Shown in pieces: positions 18,171 to 29,852 of a stretch of DNA of 53,289 nt. The stretch comes from Candidatus Kerfeldbacteria bacterium. GTDB lineage: Bacteria; Patescibacteriota; Patescibacteriia; UBA9570; XYC2-FULL-38-9. Positions within the stretch are counted from its first letter, which is position 1. Each line of letters opens with the position of its first letter. The notes below the pieces were generated by a model. It had not been told where the DNA came from, did not search any database, and worked only from the letters and a program-made list of their open reading frames with translations. Position numbers and translations under genes: made by a program. The stretch is taken from the NCBI GenBank assembly GCA_016182555.1, contig JACPGJ010000006.1, positions 1 through 53,289 of the forward strand. Direction: 5' to 3'.

Positions 18171-18902
18171 ATGGTGAACCATTACCTTATAGCCAATTGG
18201 AAAATGCATAAATTGTCAGCTGAAGCGCTGCAGTTTATTGCTGGGTTTAGCTCTACCAGCCTCCCAGACAATACGGCAGTTATTATTGCCCCTTCTTTTC
18301 CATTATTACCCGTTATGCGTACGGCAATAGAAGGAGCTCGACTACCGGTCATGCTTGCAGCTCAAAATATGTTCTACGAAGAACATGGGGCATTTACAGG
18401 TGAAGTTTCCCCGCAGCAAATTTATGATGCCGGCGCCAAATATGTCATTATTGGGCATTCTGAGCGTCGAACATTGATGAATGAGCACTATAATATGCTT
18501 TCCCAAAAGTTGAAAGCGGCGTTGACGGCAGAGCTTACTCCCATTTATTGTCTTGGTGAAAACCTTCAGGAACGTGAGGCCGGCCATTCAAAAGAGGTGG
18601 TTTCTGGCCAAGTACAGCAATTAGTAAAGGATTTTTCTTCTGCCGATATTCGCAAAATGATTATTGCTTATGAGCCAATATGGGCGATTGGCACCGGAAA
18701 AAGCGCTACGCCAGAGGAGGTAGAGGAAATTCATGCACTGATGGCTACTATGCTGCCACCTGGAATGCCAATGGTCTATGGTGGTTCGGTGAATGCCCAA
18801 AATGCTCAACAATTTTTACAACAGCCGCATATTTCCGGTTTGCTTGTTGGTTCGGCGAGCCTTGACATTCAAGAATTTCAGCGAATTCTAGCAATTTTTT
18901 AG
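18171..18902 (+). CDS. tpiA: Triosephosphate isomerase
   Basis: IANWKMH, GAFTGEVS, IIGHSERR, AYEPIWAIGTG, YGGSV. Confidence 0.97.
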   Translation: MVNHYLIANWKMHKLSAEALQFIAGFSSTSLPDNTAVIIAPSFPLLPVMRTAIEGARLPVMLAAQNMFYEEHGAFTGEVSPQQIYDAGAKYVIIGHSERRTLMNEHYNMLSQKLKAALTAELTPIYCLGENLQEREAGHSKEVVSGQVQQLVKDFSSADIRKMIIAYEPIWAIGTGKSATPEEVEEIHALMATMLPPGMPMVYGGSVNAQNAQQFLQQPHISGLLVGSASLDIQEFQRILAIF

Positions 18903-19063
18903 AACATAAAATATAATATTTTGCAAACATATTTTGCAAGCCATTTGACTTATAACTGTTTTTATGGTATCATTTCATTTGTTATAGGTGTGTCTTTTGT
19001 CCAGGAGGCGAAAACCACCAAAAAAGTGTGTAAAAAAGAAAAACAAAATAAAATTTCAAAATT

Positions 19064-22000
19064 GTGGCTACGTTTGTTGAATCTATCCACCAAGCAGAAT
19101 TGAAGCTGCTTCGTGGACACTATGGTCCACTGAAACGACTGGGTATGCAAATACAGTTGTTGTTTTTGTATATCGGCTATGCAGCGTATTCAGCGTGGTT
19201 CATGCTTTTTTCATCTTCGCGCACCAGTTTTACTTCTCTTTACCACCAAGACCAGCAAGGCACGTGGGCACAATCGTATGATGATCATATCCATTTGCAG
19301 CGTGGCTTACGTCTATTTTCCCTTTCGTCATTATGCGTCATTGTGCTGTCATCGGTGGTCATTTTTAGTATCGTGGAATTTGTTTTTCCTCCCAGTGCCA
19401 CTTTTTTTGCGCAAGCAGCTGATAATACCTATACCGTCACTACGAGTGCAAATTCTGGGTCTGGTTCACTGCGTACCGCTATTAATAACGCTAATGGGAG
19501 TACGGGGTCGGTAGAAATTGTATTGAATATTGTTGATGTTGATAAAACGATCGAGTTAGTCACTGCACTGCCTACGCTGACCAAGCCGGTAGAATTTACG
19601 ACACAGCAATTGATGCCGGTTGTTGTTGATGGTGAATTATTGGCTCCAGGTACTGATTGTTTTGAAATCGCTGCCGGCGCTGAAGGAACGACGCTCGTTG
19701 GAATGGGCTTTCGTTATTGTCCGGGAAATGATTTGGTGGTGTCTGCAGCCAGTGGAATTACGATTGGTGGAGATGTGACAACAGAATATGTCTATGTTTC
19801 TGGCGCCGGTGAAAGTGGATTGATATTTGGTGCATCAAATTCAACGATTATGGGGGTGACCGCAGGATATCCGGTTGCGGTGAATCTTGACCCACACGAA
19901 GAAGGGAACGCACTATATGGAATTCATGTCACCGGTGATAATAATACATTGACGAATATTACCAGTGTGCAAAATGCCATGGCAGGAATATTCATTGATG
20001 CCGGAGCAGAAGGAAATACAATGACCAGTTCTTTTATTGGTGTTCGTGCGGCCATAGCTACTAGCGGTCTTGGAAATGATAGCTATGGTATTTTTATCGC
20101 CGGAGACAACACCATGATTGGCGGGACAATGAATCAAAAAAATAGTATTTCGAATAATGGCGGGAGCGGAGTGTATATCAGTAACGCGACCGGGGTACAA
20201 ATACTGAGTAATAATATTGGCGTCGATGAAGAGGGTGATGATGCGGCGGCTAATGGGAGTTTTGGTATTGAAATGAGTAACGCAGATAGTGTAGATATTG
20301 GATGGGGTGGTTCAGCGGGCAACGGAAATACGATTGCCAATAATAGTAGTGGTGGCATGCAATTAACCACGTGTACGACTGCGACGATTCGTAACAATGA
20401 GATCTATACAAATACCGGTGACGGCATCACCGTAGTTGGTGGATCAGATCATATTATTGCAGCCAATAGGATTGGTACAGATTTGCTCGGCACCGCTGGA
20501 TTGGGTAATACAGATTTTGGTATCTCCCTTTCTTCTGCAGCAACAGATATCCTGGTTGGAGGCAGTACATCTGATGAAGCAAATATGTTTGCCGACAATA
20601 CCAATGGCGGCGTGCAAATAAGTGGCAGTGGTTCAGTGCGTAATTTCATTTCGCAAAATCATTTTAGCAATCAGACCACCGGAAAAGCAATTAGTGTGGA
20701 AGATGGTGCTCAACAATCTATTCTCACGCCTGTTATTACCGGTGCTGGCTCTGAGTTGATTCATGGCATGTATGCAGAAGAGCATGGCGTTGTTCAAATT
20801 TATCTGGATGGTGTCTACTTCACCGAAGGTAGGAGTATCGATGCCTCCGGCGAATGGAGTGTCAGTAATGATTTCACCAGTGAAATGACACAGAGTATTA
20901 TGGCGTTGTCGATTGATGCTCTCAATAACACCTCAGAATTTTCTGATTCAGCGGTTTTTACGACAGAGCCACGCACATTGACTGTCACCGACAGTGCCAC
21001 ATTTATAAACACAATGACGGTTGAGGCAGAATTAGATGGTGGTGGCACGCTGTACTATACGTTAGATGGTTCTACTCCAACGGTAAGCTCGACCTCTAGT
21101 GAGAGCCCGTTATCATTGACGGTTGATGAAACAACGACGATGAATATTTTCGGTACGGATATCAACGGCAATGATACCAATATTCAAACCGAAACATATA
21201 CAAAAGAATCTGATTCAGATAGTGATGATGGTGATGGCGGAAGCGATGATAACGATGGTGATAATGACAACGGAGAAGGTGATAATACCGGTGATGATGA
21301 TAATGACAACGTTGACGCTTCACGGTTTAGTTATTTGAAACCCACTAATATGTTGATCAACGGTCAACCGGTGTACGAAGCAGACAAGCGTATCTTTGTT
21401 CCGCGGAATAAGATTCATATTGTGGGAACAGGTGCAAATGAGAAAGATCGTATTCGTTTGATTATAAAAAACAGTAAAGATATTTCAGTGGATAGCGCCT
21501 GGGAAGATGTCGAAGATCAAACATGGCGCCATACTGTTTCTGAGCCATTACAAAAAGGAAAAGTGTATTCTGTGAATGCAAAGGCACAAATCATATTGCC
21601 ACCACAGAAAGAATCTGCGGTAAAAACCCTCGCGACCATTGTGGCTTCTCATCCGGCGCCGCATATTGCCACGCTCACTGGCGATGTGACAGTGACGACT
21701 CAACCAGAAAAATTAGTGTTTGGTGGAGCATTTCAAGAGAAAATGGATGCGGCGGTATTTAAAATTCAAGACCAACAAACTGGTCAAATAGTCAACGAAT
21801 GTCGTATCGATGATGCAGAAAAAACGGTTGATGGTCAGGAAGGGGCTTGCACATTAACGGACACGTTAACGACTGGGCAATATCGAGTATTATTTCATTC
21901 ATTAGACCATCAGTTATTGAGTGCACCAGATTTTACTCAATTAGTAGTGACTCCGGCCGTGGACCGTTCTGTATTGAATACCGACGAGCGCAATACCGAT

Positions 22001-23527
22001 TTTGATTATCGCATCACGACGAGTGCAAACCCACTGGTGGTTGGCTTGGGTCCAGAAGGAGCGCTTGCGCGAGTATATTTGAATGGAGAACTGGTTGGTG
22101 AGGCTACATATATTTCTGCTATTGGTTGGCAGTATGCATTAGATTTGAGTAGTCAATCACGGGGCAAAGATTATTTGTTGGCATTGAAATTTTTTCACCC
22201 AGAAAGTGGGAAAGAATATGTCGATGCAGCGATCTCGTATGCATTCCATTATGGATATACCGTGGTACAGCCGGTTGTGCATACCAGCATACCCGCTCAA
22301 GTCGTTGTTGGTACTGTTTTGCCAATTGATATTGGAGGTGGCGCAGGAAATACTGTGCGTGTATATGATAATCATCATCTCATTGCCGAACAAGCGATTA
22401 TAGATAACATTACTGGAGCAACCGGTATGATCACTATTGATTTACCAACCGTTTCTTTAGGTGAGCATACAGTAACAGTGCAGACAGAAGATTTTATTGG
22501 CCTCAACAGTACAGTGGTGAGTGTTGCATATACTGTTATTTCACGCCCAGTGATAACACCACCTACAGAACAAACTCCATCTACAGTTGATGAAGAGGAA
22601 AATGGCGATCAAGAAACACCGGGCACGCCACCGTCGGATGCAACGGATGAAGATGATGAAGATTCAGAACAAACGAATACGGACACCGGGAACAATAGTA
22701 ACGATGGTGATAATGGAAATGCCAATTCAAATAGTGATTCACCCAATGATGGGGAAGCAGAAATTCCAGATGAATGGAAAACACCAGTGACGAATCCGCA
22801 AGAGCAAGTGGTGGTGAAAGAGCGTTTAAATCAGTATAATAGCGAATCGTTGAATGTGAGTGCAGAAGTACAAGTGCAGAATGCGCAAGGAGAAGTGATT
22901 GATACGATTCCAGTGGAGCATACGGTCAATACACCAACCGTGCTGACAAGCCAACGTGTCATTGGGTTGAAACCATTAAATTTTTTGGGCCTGGGGAGTA
23001 CGGTTCAAGATTCGGTAGTGACGTTTAGTGGCCAAACTGATCCGTATGCAGAAGTTCGTTTAACCATCCATTCTAATCCGATTGTACAAGTGACGCGTGC
23101 CGATGTAGAAGGAAAATGGACCATGACTGTTCCTGTGAGTGTGTTGCCTCCTGGAGATCACACGGCGAGTGTACAAACGACTTCACGTGGTGTGACTTCT
23201 GATGAAGTACAGATCGCCCAGTTTGTGGTGATGGAACAGAGTAAGATGAGTAATACAACTTGGATATTTATTATCAATATTGCGATTGCGATGATTGTAT
23301 TGCTGGTATCGATTGCCATGCAGATTCGATACCGTGGTAAACGCATGGCGAATTACACAACCCCACCGATTGCCGCTCGTTCCACCGATACCGGTGCAAG
23401 AAGTGATGCTGCGCAAATTCAGTCCATTGCTCAAGCGAGCGAACAGCATTCTACAACAATAAGCAACTCCAATACTGGTGAGACAGAAAAACCATCTTCA
23501 ACGCATCACTCTCCGCTATCGGAATAA
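19064..23527 (+). CDS. Large membrane-anchored surface protein (beta-helix repeats, Fn3-associated and Ig-like domains)
   Basis: YTVTTSANSGSGSLRTAINNAN start motif, Asn/Gly-rich beta-helix repeats, LYYTLDGSTPT, Asp-rich linkers, VTFSGQTDPYAEV Ig-like domain, C-terminal TM helix. Start codon uncertain. Confidence 0.82.
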   Translation: MATFVESIHQAELKLLRGHYGPLKRLGMQIQLLFLYIGYAAYSAWFMLFSSSRTSFTSLYHQDQQGTWAQSYDDHIHLQRGLRLFSLSSLCVIVLSSVVIFSIVEFVFPPSATFFAQAADNTYTVTTSANSGSGSLRTAINNANGSTGSVEIVLNIVDVDKTIELVTALPTLTKPVEFTTQQLMPVVVDGELLAPGTDCFEIAAGAEGTTLVGMGFRYCPGNDLVVSAASGITIGGDVTTEYVYVSGAGESGLIFGASNSTIMGVTAGYPVAVNLDPHEEGNALYGIHVTGDNNTLTNITSVQNAMAGIFIDAGAEGNTMTSSFIGVRAAIATSGLGNDSYGIFIAGDNTMIGGTMNQKNSISNNGGSGVYISNATGVQILSNNIGVDEEGDDAAANGSFGIEMSNADSVDIGWGGSAGNGNTIANNSSGGMQLTTCTTATIRNNEIYTNTGDGITVVGGSDHIIAANRIGTDLLGTAGLGNTDFGISLSSAATDILVGGSTSDEANMFADNTNGGVQISGSGSVRNFISQNHFSNQTTGKAISVEDGAQQSILTPVITGAGSELIHGMYAEEHGVVQIYLDGVYFTEGRSIDASGEWSVSNDFTSEMTQSIMALSIDALNNTSEFSDSAVFTTEPRTLTVTDSATFINTMTVEAELDGGGTLYYTLDGSTPTVSSTSSESPLSLTVDETTTMNIFGTDINGNDTNIQTETYTKESDSDSDDGDGGSDDNDGDNDNGEGDNTGDDDNDNVDASRFSYLKPTNMLINGQPVYEADKRIFVPRNKIHIVGTGANEKDRIRLIIKNSKDISVDSAWEDVEDQTWRHTVSEPLQKGKVYSVNAKAQIILPPQKESAVKTLATIVASHPAPHIATLTGDVTVTTQPEKLVFGGAFQEKMDAAVFKIQDQQTGQIVNECRIDDAEKTVDGQEGACTLTDTLTTGQYRVLFHSLDHQLLSAPDFTQLVVTPAVDRSVLNTDERNTDFDYRITTSANPLVVGLGPEGALARVYLNGELVGEATYISAIGWQYALDLSSQSRGKDYLLALKFFHPESGKEYVDAAISYAFHYGYTVVQPVVHTSIPAQVVVGTVLPIDIGGGAGNTVRVYDNHHLIAEQAIIDNITGATGMITIDLPTVSLGEHTVTVQTEDFIGLNSTVVSVAYTVISRPVITPPTEQTPSTVDEEENGDQETPGTPPSDATDEDDEDSEQTNTDTGNNSNDGDNGNANSNSDSPNDGEAEIPDEWKTPVTNPQEQVVVKERLNQYNSESLNVSAEVQVQNAQGEVIDTIPVEHTVNTPTVLTSQRVIGLKPLNFLGLGSTVQDSVVTFSGQTDPYAEVRLTIHSNPIVQVTRADVEGKWTMTVPVSVLPPGDHTASVQTTSRGVTSDEVQIAQFVVMEQSKMSNTTWIFIINIAIAMIVLLVSIAMQIRYRGKRMANYTTPPIAARSTDTGARSDAAQIQSIAQASEQHSTTISNSNTGETEKPSSTHHSPLSE

Positions 23528-23530
23528 AAT

Positions 23531-23564
23531 AAAAAACAGCCGTACTTTTTCCGGCTGTTTTTTT
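23531..23564. terminator. Bidirectional intrinsic terminator
   Basis: AAAAAACAGCCG...CGGCTGTTTTTTT between convergent genes. Confidence 0.8.
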
Positions 23565-23574
23565 AAATATGTAT

Positions 23575-26500
23575 TTAGATCAATGTGACGGAAGCCACAA
23601 TATCTTTTGCTTCCTTGAAGCGCATCAATCGTACACCTTGCGTGGCTCGACCAAGAACACTAACGGATTTTAGCGGCAAGCGAATCACTTGTCCTTGAAC
23701 AGAGATAATCACTAAATCTCGCTCCTCTTCAGTAGCTTGGATGGCAAACGCCGAGATAATGCTTCCAGTTTTCGGCGTAATATTCGCTGTTTTGATACCC
23801 GAGCCGCCGCGGTTTTGTATTTTGTATTGTGACAGAGTACTTCGTTTTCCAAATCCGTTCGACATAATCACTACTAACTGATCATTTTTTTCTCCGCCGT
23901 TGCTGACAATGCTCATACCGCTAATACTGCTCTTTTCTTTCAGTTTCATGCCGCGTACACCTGCAGCGGTCCGGCCCATGGCCCGAACATCTTTTTCGTT
24001 GAAGCGAATGGCTTGGCCATTGTCAGACACCAGAATGATATGATCTTTTCCGGTCGATGGTTGAACCCACATGAGTTGATCGCCATCTTTAATTTTGAGC
24101 GCGATCAAACCAGAGCGGCGGACATTGCTAAAATCAGCCAATTCCGTTTTCTTAATGACTCCATGCTGCGTCACCATGACTAAATATTTTTTGTCCCCTA
24201 AATTTTCTAGGCTCAGCGTGGCGGAGAGCTTTTCTTCCGGCCCGAGTTGTAAGAAATTGACTATCGCTTGTCCTTTTGCGGTGCGCGAAGATGGTGGAAC
24301 TTCATAGGCTTTCAATTGGAACACACGACCACGGGAGGTAAAGAATAATAAATCGGCATGGGTATTAGTCATGAACATATCAGAAACCGAATCTTCTTCT
24401 TTTGTTGTTAAGCCAATAACGCCTTTCCCCCCACGGTGTTGTTTTTTGAATGTATCTGGTGGTAAGCGTTTAATATATCCATCGGTCGTGATCATCACCA
24501 CGGTTTGTTCTTTCGGAATTAAGTCTTCTTGCGAGAATTCACCAACGGGGTGTGGCACCACTTGTGTCCGGCGATTGCTGCCGTAATTGGTGTTGATTTC
24601 AAGAATTTCATTTTTCACCACGTTCAAAATATTTTTACGTGAAGAGAGAATCGTTTTCAGTTCTTTAATCAATTTTTGTTTTTCTTTCAATTCTTCTTCT
24701 ACGCGTAAGCGTTCTAAGTTGGCCAACTGTTGCAATTTCATTTCGAGAATAGCCACTGCTTGGCGTTCCGTCATGCGGAATTTTTTGATCAAATTTGTTT
24801 TTGCATCATTGCGATCTTTCGATTTTTTAATCGTGTTGATCACATCATTAATTTTTTCGAGCGCCATGACTAAGCCTTCCAAAATATGTGCACGGTCTTC
24901 GGCTTTGCGTAAATCAAATTCGGTGCGGCGTTTCACCACCACCTCACGGTGTTTTACAAATTCTTCTAATACCATTTTCAGGGTGAGAACGCGTGGTTGA
25001 ATGCTATCGACTAATGCGAGCATGTTCACGTGGAATGTTTCTTGTAGTTGCGTCAGTTTATAGAGTTGGTTCAATACTTTTTTTGGATACGCCCCTTTTT
25101 TTAGTTCGACAACTACCCGCACGCCGTCACGGTCAGATTCATCACGTAAATCTTTAATTTGGTCAATTTTTTTATCACGCACCAGCAGCGCAATTTTTTC
25201 AATCAACGTCGCTTTGTTCACCATGTACGGAATTTCGGTAATCAAAATTTGGTGCGCGCCACCATTGCCTTCGACAATTTCTGCGCGGCCTCGCATGACA
25301 ATTGGCCCACGTCCGGTGGCATACGTTTGCAAAATATCTTTTCTATTAAAAATTTGTCCGCCGGTTGGAAAATCGGGTCCTTTGACATGCTCCATCAAAT
25401 CTTCCACGGTCACTTCCGGGTTTTCAATCAGCATCATGAGTGCATCACACAACTCGCTTAAGTTATGGGGCGGAATACTCGTCGCCATACCCACGGCAAT
25501 ACCCACGGTACCATTCACTAATAGTTGCGGGAATTTGGCCGGCAACACTTTTGGTTCTTGGTGGACACCATCATAGTTTGGCATGAAGTCGACAGTTTCT
25601 CGGTCGATGTCGAGCAACATTTCTTCTGCAATTTTTGTGAGCTTGGCTTCAGTATTGTGGTTAATGAATCCATTGGCTGTAAATGAATGGCACACACTAT
25701 CCACTCGTACGGAATATACTTCCGTTTCATTTTGCATCTCTTCAATCGTTTGAATACGGTCAAAAAGGTACTCGTGTTTCAGTAGCCATTCAATGAGTTT
25801 GCAGTCTTGTGGAGAGAAATATTTTTTGAAACGAGTATAATTTTTTTCTAACGCATTGTAGCGATCGAAATTATTTCTGCTCACAAAATCTTGCGTGTAT
25901 CGCGCACGAAGATATGCGTTCAAAAATGGAATGAAATCATTTTTGCTCAACCGAGCATCATTGACTTCATGAATACGGTGCAGCACCGCTTTTTTTCGCG
26001 TAGAATAAAAACCGATCTCTTTTTCAAAACGGAGAATATTTGGTCGCCCACTGATGCACAGTTTATAGCACTCATTCCGTTTATCCTGTGTTGGCGCGGT
26101 GGTCACAATACCAAAATTCAGTAAGACGGTTTTTAATTCTGAAATCAACTGTGCACTTTTGGAGCAATACACCAGTTCAACCACCTGTCCACCATGGCGT
26201 TTATCGGTATGAAAAACCACCGACCCATCACTTTCGAATAAGCCACGTAAAAAAGCGCTAACACTTTTTTTTGTGGATTGCAGTACAGAAAATGGAATCG
26301 TTTTTTTATCTGCACGAACATTATGCAACCCAGCGACCTCTAATAAGTCAACAGCCGTTTTTTGATAAAAATCAAATTCGAGGCAATCACCTTTTATTGT
26401 GCGTTCATACACCCGTGTTCCAGCAAATTCTGCCAGCAGCGCGTCACGAACCGTTTCGTAATATTGCCGGTCTTTATTGTTAAAAATAATTTTGCCTTGA

Positions 26501-27375
26501 TGAAAACTGCCTTCGGCAACCAATGCGCCCATCGCAAATGCTAAACGAGGGGTCATTTTTTTTGGTAAACGAATCGGTGTGGTGCGTACACGTTTTGGTA
26601 GACGCAGCGTGGTTAAATCAAAATCTGTTTTGGCAAACAGCGAACCCCGACGATTGATGAGTGCATAATCTTGTGTGGTTATATCTTTCAACAATTTCCA
26701 GTTCAACGTTGGGAAGCCAAATTCATTTAACGACCAACACATCACGGGGTGGTTTTGAGAGCCCATGAGGCGGTAGCCATGTTGGGTGGTGATGCGCACA
26801 ACGCGATGCTTTCCAGAATTGAAAAATCGTGACGCACGAACGGTTTTATTTTTATAATTCACTACAGAAAGGTTCACCGCTGTTTCTTCTTTGGAAGAAA
26901 TAGAAGCGATAGGAATCATTCCGCGGTCACTCAAGAGCAAGGTGTCTCCACTGACACAATAGCGCATGGCGGCAGCCGAATCTCCATCCATTGAACCAAA
27001 GTTTCCTTGGCCGTTCACGAGTGGATTACGCATGGCAAAATCTTGTGCCATACGCACCATGGAATCATACACTGCCACATCTCCATGTGGATGATATTTA
27101 CCGAGTACTTCACCGACTACAGTAGCAGATTTACGAAATTTGGCGTTGGCTTTTAAACCGATATCCCACATGGCATACAAAATACGACGGTGTACCGGTT
27201 TCATGCCGTCGCGAACATCTGGTAATGCGCGTGTCACAATGACGGACATGGCATAGTCAATATAGGAATTGGACATTTCTTCAACAATCGGACGAGGATT
27301 GACGTGCCCAATATTATTTTTCCCCGGTTCAACGGTGTTGCTGCGCGCTTGCGGTGAAGAATTTTTTTTTGCCAT
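23575..27375 (-). CDS. gyrA: DNA gyrase subunit A, intein-containing
   Basis: [28 protein letters not shown]|intein|TEAK, GyrA-box QHRGGKG, C-terminal pinwheel repeats. Confidence 0.98.
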   Translation of the reverse strand: MAKKNSSPQARSNTVEPGKNNIGHVNPRPIVEEMSNSYIDYAMSVIVTRALPDVRDGMKPVHRRILYAMWDIGLKANAKFRKSATVVGEVLGKYHPHGDVAVYDSMVRMAQDFAMRNPLVNGQGNFGSMDGDSAAAMRYCVSGDTLLLSDRGMIPIASISSKEETAVNLSVVNYKNKTVRASRFFNSGKHRVVRITTQHGYRLMGSQNHPVMCWSLNEFGFPTLNWKLLKDITTQDYALINRRGSLFAKTDFDLTTLRLPKRVRTTPIRLPKKMTPRLAFAMGALVAEGSFHQGKIIFNNKDRQYYETVRDALLAEFAGTRVYERTIKGDCLEFDFYQKTAVDLLEVAGLHNVRADKKTIPFSVLQSTKKSVSAFLRGLFESDGSVVFHTDKRHGGQVVELVYCSKSAQLISELKTVLLNFGIVTTAPTQDKRNECYKLCISGRPNILRFEKEIGFYSTRKKAVLHRIHEVNDARLSKNDFIPFLNAYLRARYTQDFVSRNNFDRYNALEKNYTRFKKYFSPQDCKLIEWLLKHEYLFDRIQTIEEMQNETEVYSVRVDSVCHSFTANGFINHNTEAKLTKIAEEMLLDIDRETVDFMPNYDGVHQEPKVLPAKFPQLLVNGTVGIAVGMATSIPPHNLSELCDALMMLIENPEVTVEDLMEHVKGPDFPTGGQIFNRKDILQTYATGRGPIVMRGRAEIVEGNGGAHQILITEIPYMVNKATLIEKIALLVRDKKIDQIKDLRDESDRDGVRVVVELKKGAYPKKVLNQLYKLTQLQETFHVNMLALVDSIQPRVLTLKMVLEEFVKHREVVVKRRTEFDLRKAEDRAHILEGLVMALEKINDVINTIKKSKDRNDAKTNLIKKFRMTERQAVAILEMKLQQLANLERLRVEEELKEKQKLIKELKTILSSRKNILNVVKNEILEINTNYGSNRRTQVVPHPVGEFSQEDLIPKEQTVVMITTDGYIKRLPPDTFKKQHRGGKGVIGLTTKEEDSVSDMFMTNTHADLLFFTSRGRVFQLKAYEVPPSSRTAKGQAIVNFLQLGPEEKLSATLSLENLGDKKYLVMVTQHGVIKKTELADFSNVRRSGLIALKIKDGDQLMWVQPSTGKDHIILVSDNGQAIRFNEKDVRAMGRTAAGVRGMKLKEKSSISGMSIVSNGGEKNDQLVVIMSNGFGKRSTLSQYKIQNRGGSGIKTANITPKTGSIISAFAIQATEEERDLVIISVQGQVIRLPLKSVSVLGRATQGVRLMRFKEAKDIVASVTLI
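25654..26958 (-). mobile_element. Intein (435 aa) with LAGLIDADG endonuclease in GyrA
   Basis: Starts CVSGDT and ends [10 protein letters not shown] followed by Thr; endonuclease motifs MGALVAEGS and [11 protein letters not shown]. Confidence 0.95.
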
Positions 27376-27380
27376 AGAAG

Positions 27381-27623
27381 TTAATCAATTATGGTAGATA
27401 AGGAGTGGAACCCGGTACCGAACAGAGAACCAATATTGTGAAAGAGTTGTTTTGCCCCCGGTGTGCCATTGCGTGGCGTGGTGAGATTGAAGGGAAGTGT
27501 CGCGATCCAGAATAAGATGAGGATGAGACAAGCGAGGCTCACCAGCAGTGCGAATTTGCGCTGTTGTTTTGGGGTGACCGTGGGTTGTGGAGTAGATGTT
27601 TTTTTCCCAGAGCGTGCGGGCAT
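27381..27623 (-). CDS. Small single-pass membrane protein
   Basis: One TM segment; fills the gap in a co-directional operon upstream of gyrA. Confidence 0.65.
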   Translation of the reverse strand: MPARSGKKTSTPQPTVTPKQQRKFALLVSLACLILILFWIATLPFNLTTPRNGTPGAKQLFHNIGSLFGTGFHSLSTIID

Positions 27624-27632
27624 AAAAGCAGA

Positions 27633-28238
27633 TTAAGCAATATCGAGTATGGTGATTTGTGTTTCTTCTGCGGGTAAATCGCGCACTTTTAAAATGACTT
27701 TTTTTTCTGGCGTAATGTTTTTTACCCCCATTTCCTTCAGAAACGCGTCAATAGGATCAAGCGCTGAGGTTGTTTTCCCAGTGGCGTATTGCACAGGAAT
27801 AATGACCCGTGGCTCCAGTTCGCTGATCAGCGTCGCACGAGTTGCGGCTGTGCCACCGGTCACCGGAAGAAAAAGAAGATCAACACCTTCTAAAAATTTG
27901 ACTGTTTCGTCACTCAGCGCATGAGCAGCGATACCAGGATACCCAATGCGCATGCCTTCACTTTCAATCATGTACACGGTTTGACCGTTGCTATTTGGAA
28001 GACCGTAGACAAAAAAATCTTTCACTTCATATTCGCCGGGGCCGCTAATCACAAACGGTTCACCTTGTAAGCGTTCGAAGTTGTTGCATTGGTCATTATT
28101 TGGGTCACTGGAGGCGACAATGTCCACCTTCAATTTTGGCATGCTAAGAGAGCCGGAATCTTGAAATGGATTCAAGAGGAGAGTGCCTTGTTGGGTCTGT
28201 AGTTTCACGCAGCTAAAACCGTGCCAGGTAATATGCAT
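27633..28238 (-). CDS. Metallo-beta-lactamase-fold protein (Lactamase_B_3-like), degenerate metal site
   Basis: MHITWHGFSC, GPGEYEV, VDLLFLPV, LEPRVIIPV family motifs; no HxHxDH. Confidence 0.8.
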   Translation of the reverse strand: MHITWHGFSCVKLQTQQGTLLLNPFQDSGSLSMPKLKVDIVASSDPNNDQCNNFERLQGEPFVISGPGEYEVKDFFVYGLPNSNGQTVYMIESEGMRIGYPGIAAHALSDETVKFLEGVDLLFLPVTGGTAATRATLISELEPRVIIPVQYATGKTTSALDPIDAFLKEMGVKNITPEKKVILKVRDLPAEETQITILDIA

Positions 28239-28337
28239 AGAAGGGAAAATAAGTAATTTTTTAGGGTATCGTTACCCCTGGATTTTAGCAAACCAGAGGA
28301 AATAATTCAACTCCGCGGGCGATGAGATGTGTGAAAG

Positions 28338-28367
28338 AAAAACCGCTCGAGGGTGAGCGGTTTTTTT
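28338..28367. terminator. Terminator after rpsA
   Basis: AAAAACCGCTC-gagggt-GAGCGGTTTTT. Confidence 0.8.
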
Positions 28368-28370
28368 GTG

Positions 28371-29648
28371 CTATTTTGCAGCTTCTTCGGTGGGGGTGGA
28401 AGTTTCTTCCGCGTTCTTTTCTTCTGTTGCTGCAGTTGGCTCTTCTGCCGGCGTTGGTTCAGTTGCCGTTGGAGCGGCTTCTTTTTCTGTTTTTTCTTTG
28501 TCTTCTTTCCCTTCAGCGGCCTCCTCTTTCTCCTTACTTCCTGGGCGTGGAGTCAGTTGTTTAACAGATAACCCAAGGCGGTGATGATCTGGTTCAATAG
28601 ACACAATCTTGAATTCGCGTTCTTCACCAGATTTTAATACTTCTTCTGGGGAATGAATCTTTTTCCAAGAGAGTTCAGAGATATGAGCAAGGCCATGAAT
28701 ATCGTTATCCAGTTCCACAAATGCACCAAATGGGTTTAATTTCAACACTTTTCCTTTCACCATATCGCCAATTTTGTATCTTACTGCCACATCTTTCCAT
28801 GGGTCTTGTTGCAGGCGGCGCATGGACAACGAAATTTTGCCACCTTCAATAGCGATAATTTGAGCGGTAATCGTGTCGCCAACATTGATGACATCTTTCG
28901 GGTTATCAATACGTTGCCAAGCAAGTTCTGAAATATGTACTAATCCTTCTAGTCCTTCACCAAATTCAACGAATGCCCCGAAATCGACTACTCCGGTGAC
29001 TACGCCAGTCACATTGTTGCCTACTTTATATTCAGATAATTTCGCTGATTGTTCATTTTCACGAGCGGCTTTTTCAGAGAAAATTAGCTTATTCTCTTTT
29101 TCATCCACGTCAATAATGCGTACCTTGAATGCTTGGCCAACGTATGTTTGCAAGCGTTGTAAAATTTTGGCTTTATTTGCACCTTCCACACGTGGATAAT
29201 GCTCAACAGCTAACTGGGATACCGGTAAAAAGCCGGATACATTTCCTGTACGGGCAATCAACCCACCTTTATTTGCATCGAGAATATGCGCATCCACAAT
29301 TTCTTGTTCACGGAAGAGGCGAGCCAGTTCTTCCCAGGCTTTTTGGTGCCCTGCTTCACGGAAAGACAACTCAATCTCTCCTAATTCATTTTCAATATCG
29401 AGAACCGTTGCTGTAACCTGTTCACCGGGCTGTAGATTTGTATAGAGACCAGATTCGTCTACTAATTCTGGCCCACGCACCACGCCGGTGGCAATACCGC
29501 CGAGATCGATATGAATTTCATTATTCGCCGCAGAAATAACTACCCCTTCCACAATATCACCAACGTCTGGTAATGTAATTGGGTGTTTTTCGAGTAATGC
29601 TTGCATCTGGTCTGCTCCAGATGTTTGTGCTTGCTTGGATTTGGCCAT
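28371..29648 (-). CDS. rpsA: 30S ribosomal protein S1 (four S1 domains)
   Basis: GFLPVSQL, FGAFVEFGEGLEGLVHISEL, FGAFVELDNDIHGLAHISEL; acidic tail. Confidence 0.93.
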   Translation of the reverse strand: MAKSKQAQTSGADQMQALLEKHPITLPDVGDIVEGVVISAANNEIHIDLGGIATGVVRGPELVDESGLYTNLQPGEQVTATVLDIENELGEIELSFREAGHQKAWEELARLFREQEIVDAHILDANKGGLIARTGNVSGFLPVSQLAVEHYPRVEGANKAKILQRLQTYVGQAFKVRIIDVDEKENKLIFSEKAARENEQSAKLSEYKVGNNVTGVVTGVVDFGAFVEFGEGLEGLVHISELAWQRIDNPKDVINVGDTITAQIIAIEGGKISLSMRRLQQDPWKDVAVRYKIGDMVKGKVLKLNPFGAFVELDNDIHGLAHISELSWKKIHSPEEVLKSGEEREFKIVSIEPDHHRLGLSVKQLTPRPGSKEKEEAAEGKEDKEKTEKEAAPTATEPTPAEEPTAATEEKNAEETSTPTEEAAK

Positions 29649-29852
29649 AATTATCAATTATTGTTAACCGAAACGTGACCACGTTTGCGGCGCTGGTAGT
29701 CCAGCTGTTGTAAATAGAGAATGCCATGATATCAGAAAATATTTTTCCTGGCAAGTCAAGGGTCATGCCAGACATGCTAGCGCTTGATTATCGTGTGGGT
29801 TTGCCGTATAATGCGTTCACAAGAATTAATGAAATTATTTCAGAAAACGATC

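Noticed and set aside
21205-21312. GAT/GAC-rich repeats as a tandem repeat or array
   Set aside because: They encode the Asp/Gly/Asn linker of the surface protein; no repeat-spacer structure
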